Part shown: piece by piece, positions 44,345-52,535 of the stretch
Position numbering within the stretch: the stretch's first letter is position 1
How the letters are laid out: each line of letters begins with the position of its first letter
Source: Gemmatimonadales bacterium
GTDB taxonomy: Bacteria; Gemmatimonadota; Gemmatimonadetes; Gemmatimonadales; GWC2-71-9
DNA: 64,000 bases
Reading direction: 5' to 3'
Assembly: GCA_041615815.1 (NCBI GenBank)
Contig: JBFJCP010000010.1
Coordinates: 2,856-66,855, forward strand
Notes under the pieces: model-generated
What the model saw: the letters and a program-made list of their open reading frames with translations, nothing else
Database searches by the model: none
Told to the model about the DNA's origin: nothing
Translations under genes and position numbers: made by a program

Positions 44345-45048
44345 GGCGATCGTCCGGCTGAGGCCTCCGCACGGAAGCGATACCCGAACCCGCGAACTGT
44401 CTCGAGCAGATCGGCCGCGGGGCCGAGCTTCGTACGCAAGCGCTGAACGTGCATGTCCACGGTGCGTGTCTGGATATCCGGGTTGGCTTCCCAAACCGTT
44501 TCGAGCAGCTGGGCGCGCGACTGAATCCGACCGCGGCGTTCAGCGAATGTCACGAGCAACTTGTATTCAGTTGCGGTGAGTTGAAGCTCCTCCTCTCCCA
44601 CGCGCACCCGTTGGGCCCCGCGGTCGATCGTCAATGGTCCGGCAACGAGCATCGAGCCGGATGTTACCGGTGGCGCTTCGAGGCGCCGAAGCACGGCACC
44701 CACGCGGAGGACCAGTTCTTGGGGTGAGAACGGTTTGACGAGGTAGTCGTCGGCGCCCAGGCTCAGTCCTTTGATCCTGTCTCCCTCCTCGCGTCGAGCG
44801 GTCAACACGATCACACCGAGTTGAGCCGTCTCGGGCTTGCGGCGTAGCTCTTGGAGCACGTCGAATCCCGAGACTTCGGGGAGCATCAAGTCCAAGACCA
44901 CGAGATCGGGTCGCTCGTTGGCAATGGCTTTGAGGGCGTCTGCCCCGCTGCTCGCCGTCGAGACGCGGTATCCGTCCTTTGCCAGATGATAGGCGACGAG
45001 GGCCGTGATATCGGGCTCGTCGTCCACTACCAATACGCGATGTGGCAT
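44341..45048 (-). CDS. phoB: OmpR/PhoB-family response regulator
   Basis: Trimmed to ATG 45048 (MPHRVLVVDDEPDI). DLVVLDLMLPEVSG. Winged helix LTATEYKLLVTFAE...RTVDMHVQRLRTKL. Confidence 0.85.
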   Translation of the reverse strand: MPHRVLVVDDEPDITALVAYHLAKDGYRVSTASSGADALKAIANERPDLVVLDLMLPEVSGFDVLQELRRKPETAQLGVIVLTARREEGDRIKGLSLGADDYLVKPFSPQELVLRVGAVLRRLEAPPVTSGSMLVAGPLTIDRGAQRVRVGEEELQLTATEYKLLVTFAERRGRIQSRAQLLETVWEANPDIQTRTVDMHVQRLRTKLGPAADLLETVRGFGYRFRAEASAGRSP

Positions 45049-45158
45049 GTTGGTGAAGTCGCTGAATAGCGAGAATATACAAGCCATGGGGTGCTGAGCC
45101 AGGCAAGTTTCGTCACAGAATTGCATCGAAACCCGTCCCCTACCAGATTGCGGCTCTC

Positions 45159-47498
45159 ATGATCGGGCTTCTTTCCATCGCTCTGCTCGCCGGCCAGTTG
45201 GCCAGCGAGGACACGCTCCACCTCGTTGTCGTGGCCACCACGGACGTGCATGGCCGCGCGTATCACTGGGACTACGCCGAGGACCGGGAGGCCCCGTGGG
45301 GGATCACGCGTGCTGCGACGGCGATCGATTCCCTTCGGGAGGCTTATCCGGGTCGGGTCCTGGTGGTGGATGCGGGGGACTTGATTCAAGGCGATGCCTT
45401 CGCGGCCTATTTCGCGGAGCAACGGGTGGTCGTGCCGCACCCCGTGGTGGAGGCGTTGAACACCGCCGGTTTCGATGCCGCGACGCCGGGAAATCACGAG
45501 TTCAATTGGGGTCTCGACCTCTTTGCGCGGGCGATGGCGTCGGCCGCGTTCCCCGTGGTCTCGGGTAACCTCTATCGTCTGCCCCGTGACACCCTGGCGT
45601 TCCCGCCGTTCAGCGTCCTGGTGCGTCAGGGAGCCCGCGTGGGCGTCACGGGCTTTACGACACCGGGCGCCATGGTGTGGGACCGGGCCAATCTCAGGGG
45701 ACGATTGCTTGTGCGTCCCATCCTGCCGGAGGCTCGGCGCGTGCTCCAGGAGCTGGCGGCGGCCGGCGCCGATCTGCGGATTGCGGTCATTCACAGTGGT
45801 ATGGACGGACCGTCGAGCTACGACACTCGTGGGGTGGGTGAGGAAAACGTGGCGATGGGATTGGCCCGGTTGCCCGTTCCGCCCCATCTCGTGGTTGTGG
45901 GACATACCCACCGCGTGATGCGTGATTCCGTCGTGAATGGAGTGCACTTCATCCAGCCCCCGCCGCACGCTCGAGGTCTGGCGGTGGCACACGTGTGGAT
46001 GGTGAAAACGAACAGAACGGATGTTGGACGATCGGGTGGGTTCGAGGTCGCGCGGATTCAGGGGGAGACCATCTCCCTCGACGAGGTTCCGCCGCATCCG
46101 GTAGTGACGGCTCGGTTGGCGAGTGCGCACGAGGCCATCCGCGTGTGGGTGAATCAACCCATCGCCGAGGTCGTCGAGGGTGACTGGAGCGCGTGGTACG
46201 GACGAGCTGAAGACACGCCCATTATCGATTTTCTCAACGAAGTCCAGCGGATGGCTGGGGGGGCGGAGCTCTCCGCCACTGCGGCATTCAATCCCAGGGC
46301 GCGCTTTGGACCCGGCGAGGTGCAGCTGCGTGACGTTGCCGCGCTCTATCCGTACGAGAACACGCTCAGAGTGATCGTGATCGACGGTCGCACGCTCAAG
46401 GCGTATCTGGAGCAGTCGGCGGCGTATTTCCGCACGTATGTCCCGGGCGCGCCAATCATCAACGACAGCATGCCGGGGTACAACTTCGACATCGTGAGTG
46501 GTGTCGATTATGTGCTCGATCTCACGCAGCCCGTTGGGTCGCGTGTGCGGCAGATTACGTACGGCGGGCGTTTGGTGCAGCCCACGGACACGTTTACGAT
46601 GGCGCTGAACAGTTATCGCCAGGGCGGTGGTGGAGGTTTTACGATGTTACGGGACGCTCCCGTGATCTTCGACGGCCAGGACATTCGGGATCTGGTGGTC
46701 GAACACCTTCGAGTCGTGCGCTACTTGCGCGCGCGCGATTACTTCACCCCGTCGTGGCGAATCGTGCCCGAAGCTGCGGCGACTGCCGTCCGGGATGCCT
46801 TGGGTCCGGCGCCAGTGGCGCTTGCACGGGTACCCGAGCCACGGGGCCGAACGGACACATTGCGCCCCACGGATCCCAATGCGCATTTGCCATACGAAGT
46901 GCAGGGGCGGTTCACGCGGCCCCTGGCAGAGATCAAGGTTCCGCTGATTCCCACGGGCTCAGAGCACGGCTTGGGGCGATTGGTCGCCGACGCCTACCGC
47001 GGCGCCGCGCGGGCGCACGTGGCCGTCGTACCGAACGCCCGCCTGACCGTGACCTTGCCGAGCGGTCCGATCACGGAAGGCCACATCGATTCCGTTCTGC
47101 CGGTGCCGGACGAGCTCGTCACGCTGGAGTTGACCGGTCGGCAGCTCACTGCGCTCTTCGAGTTGGCGGTGCAGCCGGGCGAACCGACGATTCACGTGTC
47201 CGGGGTACAAGTGGTATTCGATCCAGGGCGCCGGGTCGGTCGCCGAATTCGTGAGGTACGATTCCCAGACGGTGAGAAGGTGAAGGACAACGACACCTAT
47301 CGACTGGCGGTACCGGCAACGCTCGTCTCTCAAGAGGGACTCCTGATCCCCGTGGGCGGAGGAGCCTCCTCCGCACTGGACCGGTTTGCCGTCGAGCGCA
47401 CGGGCGTGAGGGAGAACGAGGCACTCTTGGCCCACCTACAAGCCCTGCGACAACCCGTGGCGCCGCCCCCAACCCCCCGATTCCGCATGAGGCGTTGA
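45159..47498 (+). CDS. secreted bifunctional metallophosphoesterase/5'-nucleotidase (UshA/CpdB-like)
   Basis: Signal-like MIGLLSIALLAGQLA. Calcineurin-like motifs TTDVHG, DAGDLIQG, GNHEFN, GHTH. A 5'-nucleotidase C-terminal-like region follows. Confidence 0.85.
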   Translation: MIGLLSIALLAGQLASEDTLHLVVVATTDVHGRAYHWDYAEDREAPWGITRAATAIDSLREAYPGRVLVVDAGDLIQGDAFAAYFAEQRVVVPHPVVEALNTAGFDAATPGNHEFNWGLDLFARAMASAAFPVVSGNLYRLPRDTLAFPPFSVLVRQGARVGVTGFTTPGAMVWDRANLRGRLLVRPILPEARRVLQELAAAGADLRIAVIHSGMDGPSSYDTRGVGEENVAMGLARLPVPPHLVVVGHTHRVMRDSVVNGVHFIQPPPHARGLAVAHVWMVKTNRTDVGRSGGFEVARIQGETISLDEVPPHPVVTARLASAHEAIRVWVNQPIAEVVEGDWSAWYGRAEDTPIIDFLNEVQRMAGGAELSATAAFNPRARFGPGEVQLRDVAALYPYENTLRVIVIDGRTLKAYLEQSAAYFRTYVPGAPIINDSMPGYNFDIVSGVDYVLDLTQPVGSRVRQITYGGRLVQPTDTFTMALNSYRQGGGGGFTMLRDAPVIFDGQDIRDLVVEHLRVVRYLRARDYFTPSWRIVPEAAATAVRDALGPAPVALARVPEPRGRTDTLRPTDPNAHLPYEVQGRFTRPLAEIKVPLIPTGSEHGLGRLVADAYRGAARAHVAVVPNARLTVTLPSGPITEGHIDSVLPVPDELVTLELTGRQLTALFELAVQPGEPTIHVSGVQVVFDPGRRVGRRIREVRFPDGEKVKDNDTYRLAVPATLVSQEGLLIPVGGGASSALDRFAVERTGVRENEALLAHLQALRQPVAPPPTPRFRMRR

Positions 47499-47737
47499 CT
47501 CGCCGTATCGGCGTCTATGTCAATGAACGCCCGGTCCAGGTAGCGCCGGGCTCGACCGTCGTACAGGTGGTCGAGCAGGTGGATGCAGTCTGGGGCAACG
47601 CCGTTCGGTCCGGGCTCGCGTACGTGACCGACGGAGTGGGACGTCGCATCTCCCCCTCGACGAACGTCGTTCCCGGGTCCATCTTGCGCGTCGTCCATTC
47701 AGCTCGAAGAGCGAAGCCCGATCGCGATCTCGCATGA
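47495..47737 (+). CDS. small ThiS/MoaD-like beta-grasp protein lacking a C-terminal Gly-Gly
   Basis: Bracketed by 4-nt overlaps (TTGA at 47495, ATGA at 47734). IGVYVNERPVQVAPGSTVVQVVEQVD...AYVTDGVGRRISPSTNVVPGSILRVV parallels the ThiS pattern. Ends HSARRAKPDRDLA. Confidence 0.5.
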   Translation: MTRRIGVYVNERPVQVAPGSTVVQVVEQVDAVWGNAVRSGLAYVTDGVGRRISPSTNVVPGSILRVVHSARRAKPDRDLA

Positions 47738-48759
47738 CGATGAATAAGGAGTTGATCCAGCGCCTTCCGAAGGCGGAGCTCCACGTACATCTGGATGGGT
47801 GCATTCGCCCCACCACGATGGTTGCCCTGGCCAAGGAACAGAGTGTGCGGCTACCGGCGGCGGAGCCCGAGGCATTAGCGCAGGCGATGTACGTGCGCGA
47901 TGCCCACAGTCTCGAGGAGTATCTCGCGAAGTACGAATACACGTTGGCTGTCATGCAGACACCGCGTGCCATGGAGCGCATCGCGTACGAATTCGTCATC
48001 GACTCCGCGGCAGACGGCGTGCGTTACACTGAGGTGCGGTATTGCCCGGCCCTGCACACGCCCGCCCTGAGTCTCACCGAGGCCGTGGAGGCTCCGCTCG
48101 AAGGGATCCGGCGTGCGGAAAAGACGTCAGGCACGCAGGCGCGGCTCATCATCTGTGGTCTGCGAACGTTGTCTCCGCGGGTTTCGGAGGATTTGGCTCG
48201 ACTAGCGGCGGACTATCGCGGCGATGGAGTGGTCGCGTTCGACCTCGCGGGTTCGGAGAAAGGACACCCGGCGCGGGACCACGTGAAGGCGTTCGAGCAC
48301 GCCCTCGGACACGGACTAGCGTGCACCTGTCATGCCGGAGAGGGCGATGGTCCAGAGTCGATTCGGCAGGCGCTGCATGTTTGCGGTGCGCAGCGAATCG
48401 GCCATGGCACCCACCTGTTCGAGGATCCAGCACTCGAAGAGGAAATCCGCGACAAGCGGATCCCGCTAGAAGTGTGCCTCACATCCAATCTCCACACGCG
48501 GAGCGTCGATGCGGTCGAGCAGCATCCCATGCGTCGGTATCTGGACGAGGGGTGCGTGGTAACCCTCAATACGGATAGCAGATTGATGGATGGCATCACG
48601 CTCAGCGACGAATACCTGCTAGCACACACGGCGTTGGGTTGTGATCGCCGGGAAATCGATCAGCTCATTCTCAATGGATTCGAGAGCTCATTTCTCCCCG
48701 AGGACGAAAAGGCCAAGCTCGTGCAACAGGTGCGGGCGGAGCTCGATGAGATCGCATGA
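47734..48759 (+). CDS. add: adenosine deaminase
   Basis: LPKAELHVHLDG, CHAGE, RIGHG, TLNTDS. Confidence 0.92.
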   Translation: MTMNKELIQRLPKAELHVHLDGCIRPTTMVALAKEQSVRLPAAEPEALAQAMYVRDAHSLEEYLAKYEYTLAVMQTPRAMERIAYEFVIDSAADGVRYTEVRYCPALHTPALSLTEAVEAPLEGIRRAEKTSGTQARLIICGLRTLSPRVSEDLARLAADYRGDGVVAFDLAGSEKGHPARDHVKAFEHALGHGLACTCHAGEGDGPESIRQALHVCGAQRIGHGTHLFEDPALEEEIRDKRIPLEVCLTSNLHTRSVDAVEQHPMRRYLDEGCVVTLNTDSRLMDGITLSDEYLLAHTALGCDRREIDQLILNGFESSFLPEDEKAKLVQQVRAELDEIA

Positions 48760-50135
48760 CGGCGCTGATGCTACTCCAGGAAGCCGGGCAGCTGGCGGCC
48801 ACGCGGGAAGGCCTCGATACCCCGCTCCTCGCGCGGCTGATGGGACTCGTCGGTATGGCGTCGATGATCGCCATCGCCTGGGTGATCTCGGTCGATCGCC
48901 GCAAGGTCAACTGGCGCTTGGTTGGAGTGGGCGTGGCGCTGCAAGCGACGTTCGGGTTCATCGTGCTCAAAACCACGGTGGGGCGAGCCCTCTTCCGCGG
49001 CGCCAATGCCGTCTTTACGAGACTCTTGGGATTCACCGAGGAGGGAGCACGGTTCATCTTCGGGAATCTGGTCACCAACAACGTGCCGGTGGGGCCTGTC
49101 ACCGGACCCCCCGCCCAGTCGGCACCGATCGCATCGGTGGAGATGTGGGCTAACACCGGGGCGTTCTTTGCGTTCACGGTCTTGCCGACCATCATCTTCT
49201 TCTCGTCCCTCATGTCCGTGCTGTACTATCTCGGCATCATGCAGCGGGTGGTGAAGGGCATCGCGTGGCTCATGCAACGAGTGATGGGGACCTCGGGGGC
49301 CGAGACGCTTTCCGTGGCGGGGAACATCTTCGTCGGGCAGACGGAATCGCCACTCTTGATCAAGCCGTTCGTTGGTAGGATGACGTACTCGGAGCTCAAC
49401 ACCGTGATGGTGGGTGGGTTCGCCACGATCGCCGGTGGTGTCCTGGCCGCATACGTGGCGATGCTCACACCGTTCTTCGAGGATATCGCCGGTCATCTCC
49501 TGACGGCGAGCGTGATGAACGCTCCGGCGGCGCTCCTCATTTCCAAGGTGCTCGTTCCGGAGGTTGGCGAGCCGGTAACGAAGGGCTCACTCAAACTGAC
49601 CATAAGTAAGGAAGAGGCGAACGTCATCGACTCGGCGGCCGCCGGAGCATCGCAAGGAATGCAACTGGCGTTCAATGTAGGCGGGATGCTGATCGCGTTC
49701 GTGGCGTTCATCGCCCTGCTCAACTATCTCGTGGCCGCGCTGGGTGGCGTCGTGGGACTGGATGGGCTCACCCTCGAGCGGATCTTTGGCTGGGTGTTGG
49801 CACCACTGGCCTGGTTGATGGGGGTGCCGTGGGCCGACGCCGGGCAGGTGGGAGCGCTCATCGGGGTCAAGACCGTGCTCACGGAGTTCATTGCCTACCT
49901 GCAACTGGCGGGGACGCTGGCGGTCGACGGCTCGCTCTCCCCCCGTGGCGCCGTGATTGCCACGTACGCGCTGCTGGGATTCGCCAATCTGCCGTCGATC
50001 GCGATCCAAATTGGCGGAATCGGTGGAATCGCGCCGGAGCGACGAGGCGATCTTTCCCGCCTCGGTGTGCGGGCGATGGTGGGCGGCAACCTGGCCGCCT
50101 TCATGAGCGCGAGTCTGGCGGGAATGCTGCTATGA
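48756..50135 (+). CDS. nupC: NupC/CNT-family nucleoside transporter
   Basis: ATGA overlap with add. GNIFVGQTESPLLIKPF and polytopic CNT-family architecture. Confidence 0.88.
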   Translation: MTALMLLQEAGQLAATREGLDTPLLARLMGLVGMASMIAIAWVISVDRRKVNWRLVGVGVALQATFGFIVLKTTVGRALFRGANAVFTRLLGFTEEGARFIFGNLVTNNVPVGPVTGPPAQSAPIASVEMWANTGAFFAFTVLPTIIFFSSLMSVLYYLGIMQRVVKGIAWLMQRVMGTSGAETLSVAGNIFVGQTESPLLIKPFVGRMTYSELNTVMVGGFATIAGGVLAAYVAMLTPFFEDIAGHLLTASVMNAPAALLISKVLVPEVGEPVTKGSLKLTISKEEANVIDSAAAGASQGMQLAFNVGGMLIAFVAFIALLNYLVAALGGVVGLDGLTLERIFGWVLAPLAWLMGVPWADAGQVGALIGVKTVLTEFIAYLQLAGTLAVDGSLSPRGAVIATYALLGFANLPSIAIQIGGIGGIAPERRGDLSRLGVRAMVGGNLAAFMSASLAGMLL

Positions 50136-50271
50136 CGGCAGACGGCAGAGGGTCAATGTCGATTGGTGGCGTGCATCCTCAGTCCATGCAGTGCAACGCA
50201 CGAGCGGCAAGCGCGAATGCTGAGTCCGGTTCTCTGCCCTCTACCCTCTGGCCTCTGCCTTCTCCTCTCTC

Positions 50272-51150
50272 ATGACCATCAAGGGTGCGCGCAAACGTTC
50301 CCGTCCCGCAGCCCCCTCGATTCGTGAGCGGGCTGCCACCGGAGCCTTGCTCCGTGACGCCGTCGCAGCGATCCGACAACGGGTGGGGTCGCAAAGACCG
50401 TCCGTGGCCATCGTGTTGGGCTCTGGGTTGGGGGGTCTCTCGGGCGCTGTGGACGATGCGCGGATCATCCCGTATGGAGAGATCCCCGGCTTCCCGGTCC
50501 CCAAGGTCGTCGGTCACAGCGGCGAACTCGTCGTGGGAACGCTGGAGGGGGTGCCGGTGATCCTCCAAAGCGGCCGGTTTCACATGTATGAGGGGCACGC
50601 CCCGGAGGTGGTCGTTCTTCCCGTCCGTGTGTTCGCCGAGCTTGGCGTCGGGACGCTCATCGTCACGAACGCCGCCGGCGGGATTCGACACACGTTCCGG
50701 CCTCCCACGCTCATGCTGATCGCTGATCACATCAACCTGATGTGGCGCTCGCCGCTTCGGGGGCCGGTCCAAGCACCCGAGGGCCGGTTTCCCGATATGT
50801 CGGAGCCCTACAGCCGACGCTTGCAGCGCCTTGCACAAGAAGTGGCGGCGGCCGAAGGAATTGGGCTCGAAACAGGCGTCTACGTGGCGGTGCTCGGCCC
50901 GAGCTTCGAGACGCCAGCGGAAGTGCGTATGCTCGGGTCGCTGGGGGCAGACGCCGTCGGCATGTCCACGGTTCCCGAAGTGACGGTGGGCCGTGCTCGG
51001 GGTATGGACGTGCTGGGGATCTCCACGATCTCCAACTTCGGGGCCGGCCTCTCCCCCAATCCCCTCTCGCACGAGGAGGTTTTGGAAGCCGGGAAGGCGG
51101 TGGCGCAGGACCTGGAGCGATTGGTCCGCGGAGTGGTGAAGATGTTGTAG
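50272..51150 (+). CDS. purine nucleoside phosphorylase (trimeric PNP/inosine-guanosine family)
   Basis: GRFHMYEGH, VTNAAGGI, LGPSFETPAE, GMSTVPEV. Confidence 0.9.
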   Translation: MTIKGARKRSRPAAPSIRERAATGALLRDAVAAIRQRVGSQRPSVAIVLGSGLGGLSGAVDDARIIPYGEIPGFPVPKVVGHSGELVVGTLEGVPVILQSGRFHMYEGHAPEVVVLPVRVFAELGVGTLIVTNAAGGIRHTFRPPTLMLIADHINLMWRSPLRGPVQAPEGRFPDMSEPYSRRLQRLAQEVAAAEGIGLETGVYVAVLGPSFETPAEVRMLGSLGADAVGMSTVPEVTVGRARGMDVLGISTISNFGAGLSPNPLSHEEVLEAGKAVAQDLERLVRGVVKML

Positions 51151-51363
51151 GGTGGAAGGTTAGAAGGCTGGAAAGTCGGGATGGCAAAAGGTTGGAAGCG
51201 AGAGATCTTCCGTCTTTTTCGTCCGTTCGTCCAGCTTTCTTGCGTTCCGGCATTCTCACCGTATCGTGTCTCTTCCCCGCTTCTCTTTCCCGCGCAACCC
51301 TTTTTTCCGACCTTGTGTCCTACAGAGCAGAAAACGGTTGATCCGAGAGCCCCCGGGGGGTTG

Positions 51364-51909
51364 GTGGACGAGACGCAACTGCTTGCTCGGCTTCGCGCCG
51401 GAGAGCCCGAGGCCCAACGCAGCTTCTACGATCAGCACGTGGATCGGATCTTCCGTTTGGCGTATCGAATGACGGGGGATGACGAATTGGCGCGGGACTT
51501 CACCCAGGAGGCCTTTATCCGCGCTTTCGATCGGATCGGTCAGTTTCGCGGGGATGCGGCTCTGGGGACGTGGCTCTTCTCCGTTGCGTCGCGCGTGGTC
51601 CTGAACGGCCTACGCAAGGTCAAGCGGTTCCGCCAACGGGAAGTGGCGCTGGACGAAGTAGGGGCGGTATCTGCGGCACCGCGTCGTGAAGCCGAGCCGG
51701 ATCTGAAGGATCGACTGCGTCATGCAATTGATGCACTGCCCAACAAGTATCGCATGGTGTTTGTGATGCACGATATCGAGGGATACACACATGAAGAAAT
51801 CGGCGCTGCGCTAGGCGTGCAGACCGGCACCTCCAAGGCACAGCTTTCGCGGGCCCGCGCCCGCTTGCGGGAATCGCTAGCAGATTTCGCTCCGGAGTGG
51901 GCATCATGA
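51364..51909 (+). CDS. ECF-type RNA polymerase sigma-70 factor
   Basis: Longest ORF (51181) runs through a pyrimidine-rich, structured spacer. Likely start is TTG 51361 or GTG 51364. Region 2: RIFRLAYRMTGDDELARDFTQEAFIRAF. Region 4: YRMVFVMHDIEGYTHEEIGAALGVQTGTSKAQLSRAR. Confidence 0.85.
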   Translation: MDETQLLARLRAGEPEAQRSFYDQHVDRIFRLAYRMTGDDELARDFTQEAFIRAFDRIGQFRGDAALGTWLFSVASRVVLNGLRKVKRFRQREVALDEVGAVSAAPRREAEPDLKDRLRHAIDALPNKYRMVFVMHDIEGYTHEEIGAALGVQTGTSKAQLSRARARLRESLADFAPEWAS

Positions 51910-52535
51910 CCAATGAGCGTTTCAACGAGCGCATCCGCCGGGCCGTGCAGGACTATCACCGGCCTCCGCCCACCCCCCGGGAGGAGATGTGGCTCGCCAT
52001 CGAACAGGGGCGCGAGCGAGACGCGGGGCACCGGGCCGGCGACCCGGGGCGGGTGACACGTGGCGTGTGGTGGATGATGGGTCTCGCCGCGGCCTTGCTG
52101 CTAGGCATTGCCATTGGGCGCTTCGCTCTCGAGGGCCCGACCGTGTCACGATCCGTCGCGTCGGTTGGCGAAGGTATGCCGGCCTCCACGGAGGCATATC
52201 GCGTGGCCGCCGGCGAGCACCTGACCCAGGTCGAGACATTTCTCACGGTGTTTCGCGTGGAGGCTCGTGCGGGGCGTGCCGACGAAGCAGCGGTCAGCCC
52301 CGCGCGTGATCTCCTCGTAACGACCCAACTCATGCTGGACTCCCCAGCGGGGGACGACGTCCAGCTCAGAACATTGCTCGAGGACATCGAGCTCGTGCTC
52401 ATGCAGATCGCGCTGTTCTCGAACCAGCGGGGATCGGGCGAACTCGAGCTCATCGATCAAGGAATCGAACAACGAGGCGTTCTGCTGAAGCTACAGACAC
52501 TGTCGACAGCCGGTGGAATGCAAGGAGCGCTGTGA
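51906..52535 (+). CDS. putative single-pass anti-sigma factor
   Basis: ATGA overlap with the sigma gene. Cytoplasmic N-terminus, one TM (VWWMMGLAAALLLGIAIG), helical periplasmic domain. No zf-HC2 motif; assigned by position. Confidence 0.55.
   Translation: MTNERFNERIRRAVQDYHRPPPTPREEMWLAIEQGRERDAGHRAGDPGRVTRGVWWMMGLAAALLLGIAIGRFALEGPTVSRSVASVGEGMPASTEAYRVAAGEHLTQVETFLTVFRVEARAGRADEAAVSPARDLLVTTQLMLDSPAGDDVQLRTLLEDIELVLMQIALFSNQRGSGELELIDQGIEQRGVLLKLQTLSTAGGMQGAL

Noticed and set aside
45049-45158. Pho box in the phoB/nucleotidase divergent spacer
   Set aside because: Only one GTCACA half-site (ttcGTCACAgaattgcatc) is present, with no second repeat at 11-bp spacing. Too weak to call.
45027-46157. 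376-aa minus-strand ORF overlapping the phoB start and the nucleotidase gene
   Set aside because: Antisense to a gene with a full set of metallophosphoesterase motifs. Arg/His-rich junk composition.
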